Positions 1 through 11,329 of a DNA stretch of 64,000 nucleotides are shown here, one piece after another. The stretch covers positions 1,005,015 through 1,069,014 of the forward strand of contig MU054049.1 in NCBI GenBank assembly GCA_013239625.1. Reading direction: 5' to 3'. Positions within the stretch are counted from its first letter, which is position 1. Each line of letters begins with the position of its first letter. The position numbers and the translations under genes are program-made. This DNA is from Lama guanicoe (taxonomy: Eukaryota). The notes under the pieces were generated by a model, which ran no database searches, had not been told where the DNA came from, and saw nothing but the letters and a program-made list of their open reading frames with translations.

Positions 1-654
1 TTTTTCAGTGTCTCTGTGGTGGGACTTTTTAAATTTAAATTGCTGTTACCCCTTCTAGTTCAGTTTTTTCCTAGCAGAACATATGTTTATGCTTTCCTAC
101 TTTGGGAAACTTATTCATGGTTCCATTGTAGCCCTAATGTGCAGTTAATTTGGGGATGCCTGAAAAAAATGCATATTTTCCGTTTGCAGTGTAAGGAGTT
201 TTTTAACTTTCTAATCAATTAATGTTATTTAGAAAGAGCAAATCAAAGGAATAACACAAAAGCATTTAAAATAAAGAAAATATACAGTATGCACAGAGAA
301 GTAAAAAAATTAGGCCAAACATTTTACATTTTAATAACAAACATAAAATGGGTAACTGGTGTGCTACAGATGTGACCCTTAAACTGGGTCAGAAAACAGG
401 GCCCCACCTACTGGGGTCTAACAAACATGTAACAAAAGCAAAGTTACTGGAAGATTATTTTGGTTCATTGAAGCTATTTGCCATGAAAGCATCATTCACC
501 AAGTATGATAGAAAAGCATCAAAATACAAAAGGCAAAAACCAGAAAGATAAGAGAGAAAGGTTGGGGATGTAATTGTAGTGAATAATGCTAATATATCTT
601 TCTCAGTTTATTATATTTTATTTTTTGCTTGGAACCTTACTTTGTTTGCTGTTA

Positions 655-1110
655 CTCCCCTGCCTTGTGGTAACCACAGATTCATTTGCCTGTTCTTGAA
701 CTTGATATAAGTGAAATCAGACAGCATGTACTCCTTTGCGTTTGGTGTCTTTCACGCATCTTTAGGTTTGTGGGATTCACTTGGAAATTCATTCTTTTTT
801 TATTGTTCAGTAGTATTTTATTGTGATGATGGATCACTGTTTATCCATCCTGGGTTATGAATAAAGCTGTTATACGTATCACTTGGTGGACATACATAAT
901 CCTTTCTGTTGGAAATATACCCAGGAGTGAAATTGTGGGTCACCAGCTGTACACGTGACTTGTTTTAGCAGATATTGCAGAATAGTTCTCCAAAGTGAAG
1001 TGCCAGTTTACACTCACCAGCTCTTAGTCTGCGAAGGTTCTAGTTGTTCCCAGGCCTTGTCAGTATTTAGCATTATTGATCTTGTAGATGTTAGCCATTT
1101 TATTGCGTGC
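655..1110 (-). mobile_element. Old L1 (L1MB/L1ME-type) 3' end fragment
   Basis: Antisense L1 3' motifs such as tttgcctgttcttgaact, atgaataaagctgtta and atatacccaggagtgaaattg. Boundaries approximate. Confidence 0.7.
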
Positions 1111-1409
1111 AGCTATCCTTTGGAAAAGACGGAATTATCTCCCTCGTGCAAATGTAGACACTGAAGCCGTGGAGGTTAACCCACTCAGGCAGGGTCACAG
1201 AGTGAGGGCATGGTGGAGGCACGTGTGTCCAGTGTTAGCATTTCATCCCAGGGCACTGCCTTGCCTAAGGGCCTTCAGGGGGTGCCTGTTGTTCAGTGCA
1301 TCAAATTCAAATCCTTCTTCCCAAAGTTCAAGTCCTCTGTATCTGACTTTATCTCCCAACTTCCTCTATTTTTACCCTGTGCTCCTCACTGTGAAAATAA
1401 GCCTGAAGC

Positions 1410-1580
1410 ACTAAAATGTCTCATTTAATTCTCATGACCTTATGAAATAGGTCATAGTACAATCTTTGTCTTGCAGAGTTGGGACTGGATGTGTAAGGGG
1501 ATTAAGAAAGTGATACAAAGCTATACTGTTAGTAAGCGGCAGACTAACTCCAGAAAAAGGTCTCTGAACTCCGACCTCTG
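1410..1580 (-). mobile_element. MIR SINE fragment
   Basis: tctcatttaattctcatgaccttatgaaatagg resembles the MIR core in reverse. Confidence 0.6.
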
Positions 1581-2444
1581 GTACTTCCTCTAAATCTAAT
1601 ATTGTGCTGTAAGAACTCGGTGGAGACGCCAGATGCAGGTAACTCCAGGAGCAGTTTCCCTCTGCCTGCCTGCTCAGCTGAAACCAAACCCACAAGATCT
1701 TGGGAAAGAGGTCTTAAACCTCTCTTTAGTTGTCCCCTTTCTTTTTTCAGTCAGGATTGAGTTTTCTAGAATGAGGCTCGGTTCTAGGCATTTGGTATTT
1801 ACTTGGTTATCGGGACATCCTGACTCATGTACGCGGGGCCAGGACTGAAGGCTGGTGGGGAAATGAGGAAGCTGTGAGTGGGAGGGCCTGGGGCTGAGTA
1901 ACTGGCCAACGGAAGACACGACATCTGCCTGGAACACCCGCAAGAGTGGGCTGAGGGTCACTCAGTCTGGTTGTTGGCGTGGCTAGGTAGGGAGTGACCC
2001 TGATATTAAGCTTGGTCAATTTTCAAGTTCCAGGCTGGCTATCCAGGACAGAGAAGGACCTCAGGCAGCAGCTGGATACACTGGGGTTGGGATCAGTGAC
2101 AGGACACAGCTGGTCAGGGGAGCTGGGCTCCAGCAGGGCACTAGGGTGCAGCCAGGATGGAAGCTGCGCCAGGTGGCCAAGACCAGGTTATAGTGTGGGG
2201 CAGACAGGTGCCCAGGTCCCCTCAGGGCACTGGATATCACCTCAGTGCCACATGATCCATTCCAGACCCCTGACTGGTGGGGAGGGGGCTCCTTAAGCCC
2301 TGGCAGCCTCGGACAGGATTTATCCATGTATCAGCCAGGGCAGGAGCTAGAGCTGGGGGTGTTAGCATGGAGCCAGTGAAGGCTGGGGTCAACCCTAATT
2401 GGCAAGTTTCTTGTTCACAGAAGCCATGTCTTACCACATAGAAA

Positions 2445-2655
2445 GCATGGGGAAGACAGACTTGACAGCCAGGTTGCCTGGGTTCAGTTCCCGGCTCTGC
2501 CCCTTGCCTGCTGGGTGAACATCAACAAGCTACTCAGCCTCTCTGTACCTTTGTCTTCCCATCTGTAAAATAGAGATACATGTAAAACCTACCTCAGGGG
2601 GTTGTTGTGAGGTGAGAAGAGGAATCTGTGTGAAGCCCTTGAACCCTGCCCCAGG
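2445..2655 (+). mobile_element. MIR SINE
   Basis: gcctgggttcagttcccggctctgcc...ccatctgtaaaatag...acctacctcagggggttgttgtgagg. Confidence 0.8.
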
Positions 2656-2817
2656 TGATGACCAGTATCCCTGCTAATCCACAGTTTTCAGTGTCTTGCA
2701 ATGAGGTATCTTGTTGAGAGTCTCAGAAAGGAGGTCTTCTGCCTAGATTTTAGGTCCTCCTGTGCAGCCCCCCAAGTCACGCACCCACTCACCACCTCTC
2801 ACCAAGTGTGCCCTCAG

Positions 2818-2982
2818 CCCTCGACAGGTTCTGGAGACGGCGCGTGGGAGCGGACCTTCCCGGCCAGCGTGCTGCAGTTCCTCGGCCTCGTGCACAGCGC
2901 CTACCCCCAGGATCCGGCCTGGCGTGCCCCGGAGTTCCTCCAGACCCTGGCCGCAGTCGCCTTCCCCCTGGGAGCCCCTAAG
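2818..2982 (+). CDS. WDFY4: WDFY4 coding exon (165 nt, phase 0/0): PSTGSGDGAWERTFPASVLQFLGLVHSAYPQDPAWRAPEFLQTLAAVAFPLGAPK
   Basis: Acceptor ccctcag|CCC, donor AAG|gtagga; CpG-rich; lies within ORF 2701-3024. Confidence 0.93.
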
Positions 2983-3979
2983 GTAGGACATGCCTCTTCC
3001 CTGCCCCATGAGAGCCAGGGTTGAGCGGCACCGTCCCTCAAGGGTGAAGGGCAAAATTCCTCCCTATCCCCACCCCTGCTCCACCACCTGCAAATTAAAA
3101 TACACTTTAAGGCAACTTGGCTGAAACCTTAAGCAAAAAACTTGGGTGATTTTCCTTCTCTTGGCAAAGATGCAGCTTCAGGACATTTTCGGCTTGCGAT
3201 TCAGTAACTTTTTGAGTTGTTAGGAATCTCAGTAATGAGAAATTTGATGGTAGATGGAGTCCAGTTTTATGTGGAATACCCACACGCTGATAACGCAAAC
3301 AACACAGTCGATCCCAGGAAGCTCATGGCCGGCGCCCCCTGCAGGGGAGGGGCGGAACTGCAACAGCGTCCTGTCTTCTCAGGACCCTTCCTGTTTGCGG
3401 CCATCGGAGGGTTTGCCGAGGCCCAGCTGGGAGGGCAAAGGGACCGACTGGGTCTTGAGGACGAGGTCTGACTGTGGGGGTAGAGAGATGAGAGTGAAGT
3501 GCTATGGGAAGAGAGGTGAGTGAGTTTGAGACCAAGAGCCAGTCCCAGCAGGTCCAGGGGACTCTGTGCTGAGAGCATCTGGGAGTTGAGAGGAGCAGGT
3601 GGGGACCGGTGAAGGGCAGGTGTAGGAGGAGGAGGGGCACAGGCCTGCTCATCACCCCACGCTGGTGGAGTAGGAGCTGAGACCCAGCCTGGGAGAGTGA
3701 GTTAGCCACACCTGGCTGCAAACCAGTAGCCAAAGGAACATGCTAGGCACAGTTGGTAAGTAGAGGGTTTAGAAGTCATGCCAGGCACAGTGCACACAGG
3801 TAGTGTTTGCTCCATAATTGTTTGCTAATAGACGAAGTGAGTGAATGGTCATGCTCTTTAAGCTAATCTTTTCTAGCAGTGCGTTCATGGTGACAGCCTC
3901 CATCTACTGAACACCTGCAATGGTCCTGACCTGGGGCTTCACACACCCTAACGGGCACCCGATGCAGGCGGTGTTAAAG

Positions 3980-4160
3980 TGGAAAGAGATTCGGGGAGGT
4001 GAAACTGACCAGTTTCCTCCTGGTTCAGTGGGGCTGTAAGACCCATCCCACAAAATGGTGAGGGGATGAAACATACCACAGCTTACGTGATTAGTGAGTG
4101 ACAGAGCCAAGATTTAAACCTCACTCTCTCACCCCAAAGCCCATGTCCTTTCCATCATTG
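3980..4160 (-). mobile_element. MIR SINE fragment(s)
   Basis: ttagtgagtgacagagccaagatttaaacc...ccaaagcccatgtcctttcc. Confidence 0.55.
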
Positions 4161-5676
4161 TGTTTAAAATAAGATTAAATGGCCAAATAAAATTTAAGAG
4201 TAATTAGTTTTAATAAAATGACTAGAAGATTTGCAAAAAGAGGAAATGATTTGATGGGCTAATAGCAACTAAAGCAACGTAGTAGAAAAGGAAGTAAAAA
4301 AGAATCAATAAAGAGCAAAGGAAGGCACTGCAGGCAGTACTGGAAGGGATGGGGGATGGGACCCCACACACAGGTGCCCCGGGCCAGGCAGGGAGGAAGG
4401 AAGGCTGGCCCTCACTACTCCCCCTACCCAGAGAGGGCCAGGGCTCCGAAGTCGATAGCCTGACATTCTCAGCCCAGATCCCCACCTCAGCCCCTGCACC
4501 CACAGGCCAGACCCTCCATCTGCTGAGTCAGGGTTCCAGCCGGCTGCGCACCGGCAGCCACAGAGCGCACTCTGACCCAGGGCTCTTCCTCCGCGTGCTC
4601 AGTAGTTCCTGCCCGAGGGAGGGCCTGGCCCAAAGTCACCTCCCAGCCTGTGGTGGGTGAGCCCGCCCCCAGTTCCAGAGCTCTTAATCCCCAGGGCTCC
4701 TCTCCCCATTTCAGCTCCAGGTCCTCTCCAAAAGGCCTTTGTTTGCACAGAAAACATGAGAGACTCTCTTCATGCAGAAGGCTGGTGACCAGAAGGCTTT
4801 GATTTGCTGTGATTTTATGTGGCATCTTTCCAGTCAAGGCCGCATGGAGCTAATTAATGCAGTCACCACCTCCCTAGGTGCCGTTAAATTCATTTTATGG
4901 CTTAATTAAGAATGGCTGCATTAATTTTATGAATGAGTGAAGGGAGGTGCCAACAGATGAACGTGTGAAAAGTCCATGGGCTGGGAGTCAGGAGACCCTG
5001 GCCCCATGTCCTTGGGCATGTCATTCAGCCTCCCAGCATCTCCGTGTCCTCCTGGACGTACCGGGCTGATGACCCCACCCCGTCTATCTCCCAGTATTTT
5101 AATAAATGTAAAACTGAGACAGTGAAGGCCAAGGTGCTGCAGGGCTGGGACCCCAGGGCTGGCTGAAGCTCTATTTCTCTTTTCACCTGAGGGTCCTGTC
5201 TGTCAACGTCAGCAGAGCCTGGCAGGCAGTAAAGGTGAGGGCTCCACAGGAAGATGGGACGTGCTTTCCTGATGGTACACTGGGGCCAGGCATTGCCACG
5301 TGCACTGTTCCCTCGTTGCGTCTTTGTGAGAGCCTTTTTATCATTACCTCTTGACTGATGGGGACTGTGGCTCCGAGGAGGATAACGCCTTGCCCAGGAC
5401 ACATCCTGGGCTTCCTCGCTGGGACTACAGGTCTCCCTTGCTCTGCGCCCAGCTTCCTTCCACCACTCCCACTGCCTCGGATTCAGAGACCTCAGCAGGA
5501 CCTGGTGTGGTGAGGAGCCCTGGGACCCCGGGAGAACTTCCTACCTCCTCGGAGCCTCAGGTTCCTTACACGTCAGTGGGTTTGATGGTGACCCCACCGT
5601 GCGCACCTCAGAGGTGGGCGTGAAAGCGCTTTGAGGCTGGGCAGGCTGCTCACGCTGGGGTTCTCTTGTCTTTGAG

Positions 5677-5880
5677 GGGGCTGTGACTGAGCCTGCCCAG
5701 AACGCCCCCAGTCCCGGGGCTGCAGCTGAAGGCAGCAGCGCTGCGGAGGGTCTCCAGGCTCCTGCCGAGTCACATCCCACGCGGAAGCAGCTGAGGGAGT
5801 TCATGCATCTGCTCTTGAAGGAGCTCTTGCTCATGGCTCCCAACCCTAAGCAGTGGCTGCCACTGGAGGTGCTCCTGGAG
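5677..5880 (+). CDS. WDFY4: WDFY4 coding exon (204 nt, phase 0/0): GAVTEPAQNAPSP...PKQWLPLEVLLE
   Basis: Donor GAG|gtgggt. Acceptor ttctcttgtctttgag|GGG is an unusual GAG; the start could instead be 5692 or 5701 in frame. Confidence 0.88.
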
Positions 5881-6522
5881 GTGGGTTGGAAAGGGTGTTA
5901 CTGAGCTGTGGGCTGTGGGAGAGGGGCTGGGAGGGCCTGGGCACCACGAGGGCGGGGTATGCCCAGGGAGACCCGAGGGCTGACCCCTTGTGAGAGCTCA
6001 CCCAGGCCAGCTGGCTGGTGGTCAGGAACGCCTTCTGGGACTGCAGAGATTGGTGGGAGGGAACTGCAGGCCCGGGCAGAGCAGGGAGCTCACCCAGCAG
6101 CAAGTGAATTTATGAACGAGGGCAGGTCTTAGCCAGATCTACTGGCAGCAGAGCCTGAGGCAGGGATTTTGTGGAAGTGGTTTACTGGGGGCAGGAAAGC
6201 AGAGAAGGGATGAGGAGGAGGAGGGAGGAAATGGCCTCGGCAGTAGCCTAGTCCCATCCCAGAGTCAGCCCCACCTTGAGGCACCTGCCAGGTGGTCCCT
6301 GGCTGTGGACCCCCACCCCCTTGCCACCTTGCCCTGGGGAGGTGGATGAGGCAACTTGGTCAGCAGAGGGCCATGCCCCAGAGAAGAGGCAGTTGGGAGC
6401 TGTTGGCAGCCCACACTCCAGCTGCCACAGTATTAACATATTGCCCAATAGGGGCACCCGGTTGGCCCTGAGTGGACCTGATGGCCATGTGGCTGCTATC
6501 TTAGTCCAGGGTTTGCTTCCAG

Positions 6523-6637
6523 GCTTGTCCAGACAATGCCACCAGCCAACAGAAGCAAGACTTCCAGTCTGAGGTCCTGCTTTCCACCATGGAAATATTC
6601 CACGTGGTGAGTGGAGGCCACACACCGAGGCTCAGAG
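6523..6637 (+). CDS. WDFY4: WDFY4 coding exon (115 nt, phase 0/1): ACPDNATSQQKQDFQSEVLLSTMEIFHVVSGGHTPRLR
   Basis: Acceptor tttgcttccag|GCT, donor AGAG|gtgagt. Translated by hand; this frame is not in the ORF track. Confidence 0.92.
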
Positions 6638-7079
6638 GTGAGTGGGGGTGCTTGCTCCTCACTGTTACTGACACAAATCAGCTGACAGCTGAGCAGGAAA
6701 GCCACGAGTCTGCTGGCCCCAGGGCCCTAGAGCAAGACCAGGCTGCAGGACGGTAGGCTGCTTTAGGAACCTTGGGGAGCTGCCCTCCACCTGTGGGTCA
6801 GTCCCTCCATGAGTCTGTAGCAAGAGCGCACTGACCCTGCCCTGAGGCCCCCTCAATGGCCTGCTTGCTACTTTCCGTGTCACCCCTGCCATCGTTGGGC
6901 CAGTTGGAGACAGGAAGTCCTGTCATCTGGGCCCAAATCAGTTCCCTCTAGCTTCAGTAGAATTGTCCTCTTCCCATGAGGGGACTCAAGGTGTCAGCTG
7001 AAATTTAACATCTTCCACTCACCTATGCCTGGGCACAGTGCATTGTTTGTTTGTTTCTTTTTTTAATGCGATATGCTTT

Positions 7080-7258
7080 ATTTAAAAAAAATTGTATTGA
7101 AGTGTAGTTGATTTACAATGTTAGTTTCAGCTGTATAGCAAAGTGATTCAGTTATACATATACATACATATATAGTCTCTTGTCAGATTCTTTTTCATTA
7201 TAGGTTATTACAAGAAATTGAGTATAGTTCCCTGTGCTGTACAGTAAGTAGGTCCTTG
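7080..7258 (-). mobile_element. Younger cetartiodactyl-type L1 3' end, 5'-truncated
   Basis: tattgaagtgtagttgatttacaatgttagtttcag...gattcagttatacata...atagttccctgtgctgtacagta; similar copies at 22.3 kb and 45.7 kb. Confidence 0.85.
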
Positions 7259-8082
7259 GTGTAGCACGTATTTCTTAAACAAGCCTGGGTGAAGACACTG
7301 CCATTGCCCCTAAGAAGTTCCAATTGAAATTTCATTTGAAATATTTGGTTCCGGGGCAGCTGTACCTGCCAGATAAGAGTAAACAAAAGTCTTTTCTGTA
7401 GTTTCTGAGGCACGGAATCCTCAGTGATGTGATTCATCTTCTGGACTCCTTGCCCCACAATGTGTGAACCCTGACTTTTGGTCTTTCTGAATTGTCTGAG
7501 TGTGGTAGGGTAGAGGAGCAGGGAAGAGGGTGGGCTTGGGAGCCCAGTTCTGAGTGTGGCTCTGTCACTGGACGGTGGTGCTACTCCGGGTGGGTGCCTG
7601 ACCTTGTGAATGAGGACCCTTAAAGGGTCGTTAACAGAATTAGCTGAGACCATCGCATCCATATGTGAGCACAGTGCCTGCCGTGAAGGTGAGCCCAGAT
7701 GGATGATTGACATTACAGCTTCACCCTCTGCCCCATGTAACTGGGGGCTGTGGGTCATCACAACAGCCGTCCCATTACCCTGTGCCTTACAGTCTCATCC
7801 TCTCTTCTTCCAAATGGCCACTGGAAGCAGTGCCTCCTCCCCACTTGGTTTATATCCCTGAATAGATTGTTCAAGATCAGTTTGCTTTGAAAAAATATGT
7901 GTTCAGTGGGCACCTACCCCATTTTTGGAACAACAGGTCACATACAGACGGTTGTAGTGGGCCATACAGAGGTGAGTAAGTTGTGGCTGGCTACCAAGAG
8001 GGGCTTGGAAACTGTTGTGGAGAAAAGGCAGTTCAAACCTGATTTCTCAGCCTGGCTCTGTCACCCTCCCGCAACCCCCCAG

Positions 8083-8240
8083 GCAGCAGAGAGCCTCCGC
8101 CGAATGCAGAAGCTGCCACTGCTCCTTCACTTGCCAGCATCTCCCACTTTACCCAGAAGCTGGTGGAGAAGCTGTACAGCGGGATGTTCTCAGCAGACCC
8201 CAGACACATCCTTCTCTTCATCACGGAGCACATCATGGTG
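8083..8240 (+). CDS. WDFY4: WDFY4 coding exon (158 nt, phase 1/0): GSREPPPNAEAATAPSLASISHFTQKLVEKLYSGMFSADPRHILLFITEHIMV
   Basis: Acceptor cccccag|GC, donor GTG|gtaaga. Confidence 0.93.
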
Positions 8241-9437
8241 GTAAGACCCCAGGTTGGCCATGGTGGTGAGGCTTCTGCTGACTCACCAGGTTTCTGTGTG
8301 ACGCACTGCTGGCTGCTGTCCACTTGGTCCAGATTGACCTGCCACCTTCCTGGAAATAGAATCTGAGATGGGTGGGAGGCAGGAGGTGGACCTTTACGGC
8401 CCAGCTAACTCCTGTGCTGTTGCCTGCCCTGCAAGGGTCTCACCTTTGGCTGCCTGAGATCCGTCTCAGTGATCAGGAGCCGCAGCCCCTGCACGGTCAC
8501 CTGAGCTCTATCCCCTGCTGGACCTTAACACCCCGCCTGCCCTTTGGGGTTTTATGGTGAATATTGGTTTAATCTTAACTATTGTTATTCCTCACCAACA
8601 AAGGGCCAAAAGGATCTTTATCTCCAAAAGGCCTATTTCATATTCTTCTTTAGTATCCACCTCTATTTGTCATATGTGGACCTTCCAGAAATCAAGGCAA
8701 GAGTCTGTTTTCACCTGGTCCTGTTTTTCTTACATGTGCTCTCCATCTCTCTCTCTCCCCAGACAGATGGAGATACATACCCACACATGCAAATACATGC
8801 CTGTAGATATACCCTGAGATGTAAATATGTGTGTGCGTATGTGCACCTGTGTACATGTTCTTTATTGTACACGTACACACACACACACACAGTCATACAA
8901 TCTCAGAATTCTAGAGTTGAACCCTTTTTTTTGGTCCCTGCCTCCCATTTCATTCTGGAAATCTTTCCTGACAAGTGGCCATTCATTCTTTCCTCGAACC
9001 CTCTTTGTGTGAGGAGGTCTCTGTGGTATGAGGGGTTCCAGTCAGCAGAACACCCGATTGCTGGAAAGCACCTTCTCTCGCCAGGCTGAAATCTGCCTCC
9101 AGCAACTCCTGCCAGCAGCTCTTGGTGTGTTCTCTGCAGTAGAATCCAGGACAGTCCCTCTCCTTCCTCTTTAGGCATCAGAGACAGTGACATCAGTGTC
9201 CCCAGCACCCTTGCATCTGTGGAGTCTCCTGCAGACACCAGGACTGGGCCTCGGCTCAATTCCTAGAGTGATAGGCAGACTGGAGGATGTGCAGTTCTGG
9301 GCAACCTGAAAAGAATGTGTTCAGAGGCTTCTTCAAGAATAAATCTGAGCAGGAGAAATACCCCTTGTCAGCTCTGAGGGGATTGAAGTCAGATTCTTGG
9401 GAGGTTGAGTTGAGAATGAGAGTGGCCACTCAGTTCC

Positions 9438-9795
9438 TGTCTGAGTGCATTTGGGCTGCTGATACAAAATACCATAGAGTAAGCGACTTAGCAGCAAACA
9501 TTTATTTCTCAAGTTCTAGAGGCTGGGAGTCCAAGATCAAGGTGCCAGCAGATCTGGTATCCACTGAGGGCTCTCCTTCTGGGCTAAGAGATGGTCATCT
9601 TCTCATTGTATCCTCCATGATGGAGAGAGAGGAAGCTAGCTCTCACTTGTCTTCTCCTATAAGGGCACTAATCCCGTTGTTGAGGGCTCCATCCTCTTGA
9701 CCTGATCACCTCCCAGAGACCTCATCTCCAAATACCATCACACTGGGGTTTCAGCAAATGAATTTTAGAGGGACTCAAATATTCAGTCCATAGCA
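9438..9795 (-). mobile_element. MLT1A-type MaLR solo LTR
   Basis: TG...CA termini (tgtctgagt...ttcagtccatagca), internal ggctgggagtccaagatcaaggtgccagca, near-matching 5-bp TSD gttcc/gctcc. Confidence 0.85.
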
Positions 9796-10280
9796 GCTCC
9801 CCAGTGGTGACAGCAAATACTCGGAGCTGATACCAAAGAGTGGGTGCCTGTGGGGCTGATGTGTCCTCGGAGGGGGTACCAGGCCCAAGGGCTCTCCTCT
9901 GCCCACATCTGCCATTCTTCTCTCCTGCTTGCTGTCTGTGCCTCTCACAGCTCTTAACCTCACCCTGAAAGATGTGACCCACCTGAGGAGCAGGAGAGGA
10001 TGATGATCAAAACATGAACCCCAAATTCCAGCAGATATAAATAAAACTCAACTTCAGTAGTATAAACACTTGTTACCTATGAAGTTCAAAGAGAGCAATC
10101 TATAACTAACAAATGACCTCTCTAATAGACTGAAGAATTTGTATTTTTTTTCTATGGATTCTTTTTCAATGAAGCCAAACAGATGGGTGAGTTCAGTGGT
10201 AAGACTACAAATCAGGATCTTCTACCTTCCCCCTCTAAATCTCTCATGTACTAAAATTCACTGGACTCACATTTCCTTTA

Positions 10281-10434
10281 TCAAAGTCCACGTTTTGCTT
10301 GTTTTGTTTGTTTTATGAGGGGAAGACAATTAGGTTTATTCATTTATTTCCATTTGGAGCAGGTGCTGGGGATTGAACCCAGGACCTCATGCATGCTAAG
10401 CATGCGCTCTACCACTTGAGCTATGCCCTCCCCC
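10281..10434 (-). mobile_element. tRNA-Ala-derived SINE (Vic-1-like, camelid)
   Basis: The minus strand reads GGGGGAGGGCATAGCTCAAGTGGTAGAGCGCATGCTTAGCATGCATGAGGTCCTGGGTTCAATCCCCAG plus an A-rich tail. TSD tcacat(t/c)tccttta at 10267-10280 and 10436-10449. Confidence 0.88.
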
Positions 10435-10454
10435 ATCACATCTCCTTTAGATGA

Positions 10455-10665
10455 TATGGTGGTTAAGAGCATGGCTCAAGTGTCCTGTGTGGCTTTGACT
10501 CTCACTGACCACCTAACCTTGCAGACCCTCAGCCTTCTTATCCATAATGTGGGATAATCTTAGAGTCTACTTCACGATGTTGTTATGATGTTTAAATGAG
10601 GCTATATATGTAAATATATGCAAATATATGCAAAGCACTCAGCATGATAACTTGACTATTGTAAC
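10455..10665 (+). mobile_element. MIR SINE
   Basis: tggtggttaagagcatgg...gggataatc...gttgttatgatgtttaaatgag...gcaaagcactcagca. Confidence 0.7.
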
Positions 10666-11090
10666 AATCTATAATACTGATAATACTGATAATACTATTA
10701 ATAGTAATCTATACCATTACTAGTTAATAACATTTTTAAAAAATTAGACACTACTAATAGCATGTTCTTATAAACTGAATGTCAACTATGTTACCCGTAT
10801 TTTAGAAATCTCTGGTTCCCATATCTATTTTCCGTAATACGGTTGCAGTAAACTTTTAATTTTTTTACACCAATTTTTGGTAAATCCAAATGGTTGAATT
10901 CCCTTTATTGATTATTCACTTAAATAGAAGCTCCAAGATAGAGAAAATGGTCCTATTTGATTTCAAAATCATGTCACTTTTTGAAATACAGAAAAAAAAA
11001 TCTGAGATTGTATCATTTGCAGTTAACTGGGTTGGTATCTAAGCTTTAGTGTTCACAAGTCTATGTGTGTGTGTTTGTTTTATGGCACAG

Positions 11091-11329
11091 GTCATCGAGA
11101 ACTCCTCTTCTCAGAGGGACACTGTCATCAGTGCTTTATACAGCAGTTTAAACAAAGTCATTCTTTATTGCCTCTCCAAGCCCCAGCAGTCCCTCTCCGA
11201 ATGCCTCAGCCTTCTCAACATCCTGGGCTTTCTACAGGAACACTGGGACATTGTCTTTGCCACATATAATTCCAACGCCAGCTTCTTCCTATGCCTCATG
11301 CATTGTCTTCTGCTGCTCAATGCGAGAAG
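11091..11329 (+). CDS. WDFY4: WDFY4 coding exon (239 nt, phase 0/2): VIENSSSQRDTVISALYSSLNKVILYCLSKPQQ...LMHCLLLLNAR
   Basis: Acceptor ggcacag|GTC, donor AAG|gtgaga; within ORF 11049-11333. Confidence 0.95.

Noticed and set aside
7198..7761. 187-aa minus-strand ORF
   Set aside because: No recognisable protein features, ends in L1 3' UTR sequence, no splice support.
8544..8762. 5' part of the 181-aa ORF as a stand-alone gene
   Set aside because: Non-ATG start and runs through a polypyrimidine tract; only the part after the acceptor at 8762 is considered plausible.
10360..10434. Functional tRNA-Ala gene (also ~46240-46304 and ~52655-52729)
   Set aside because: Broken acceptor stem, A-rich tail and target-site duplications identify these as SINEs.
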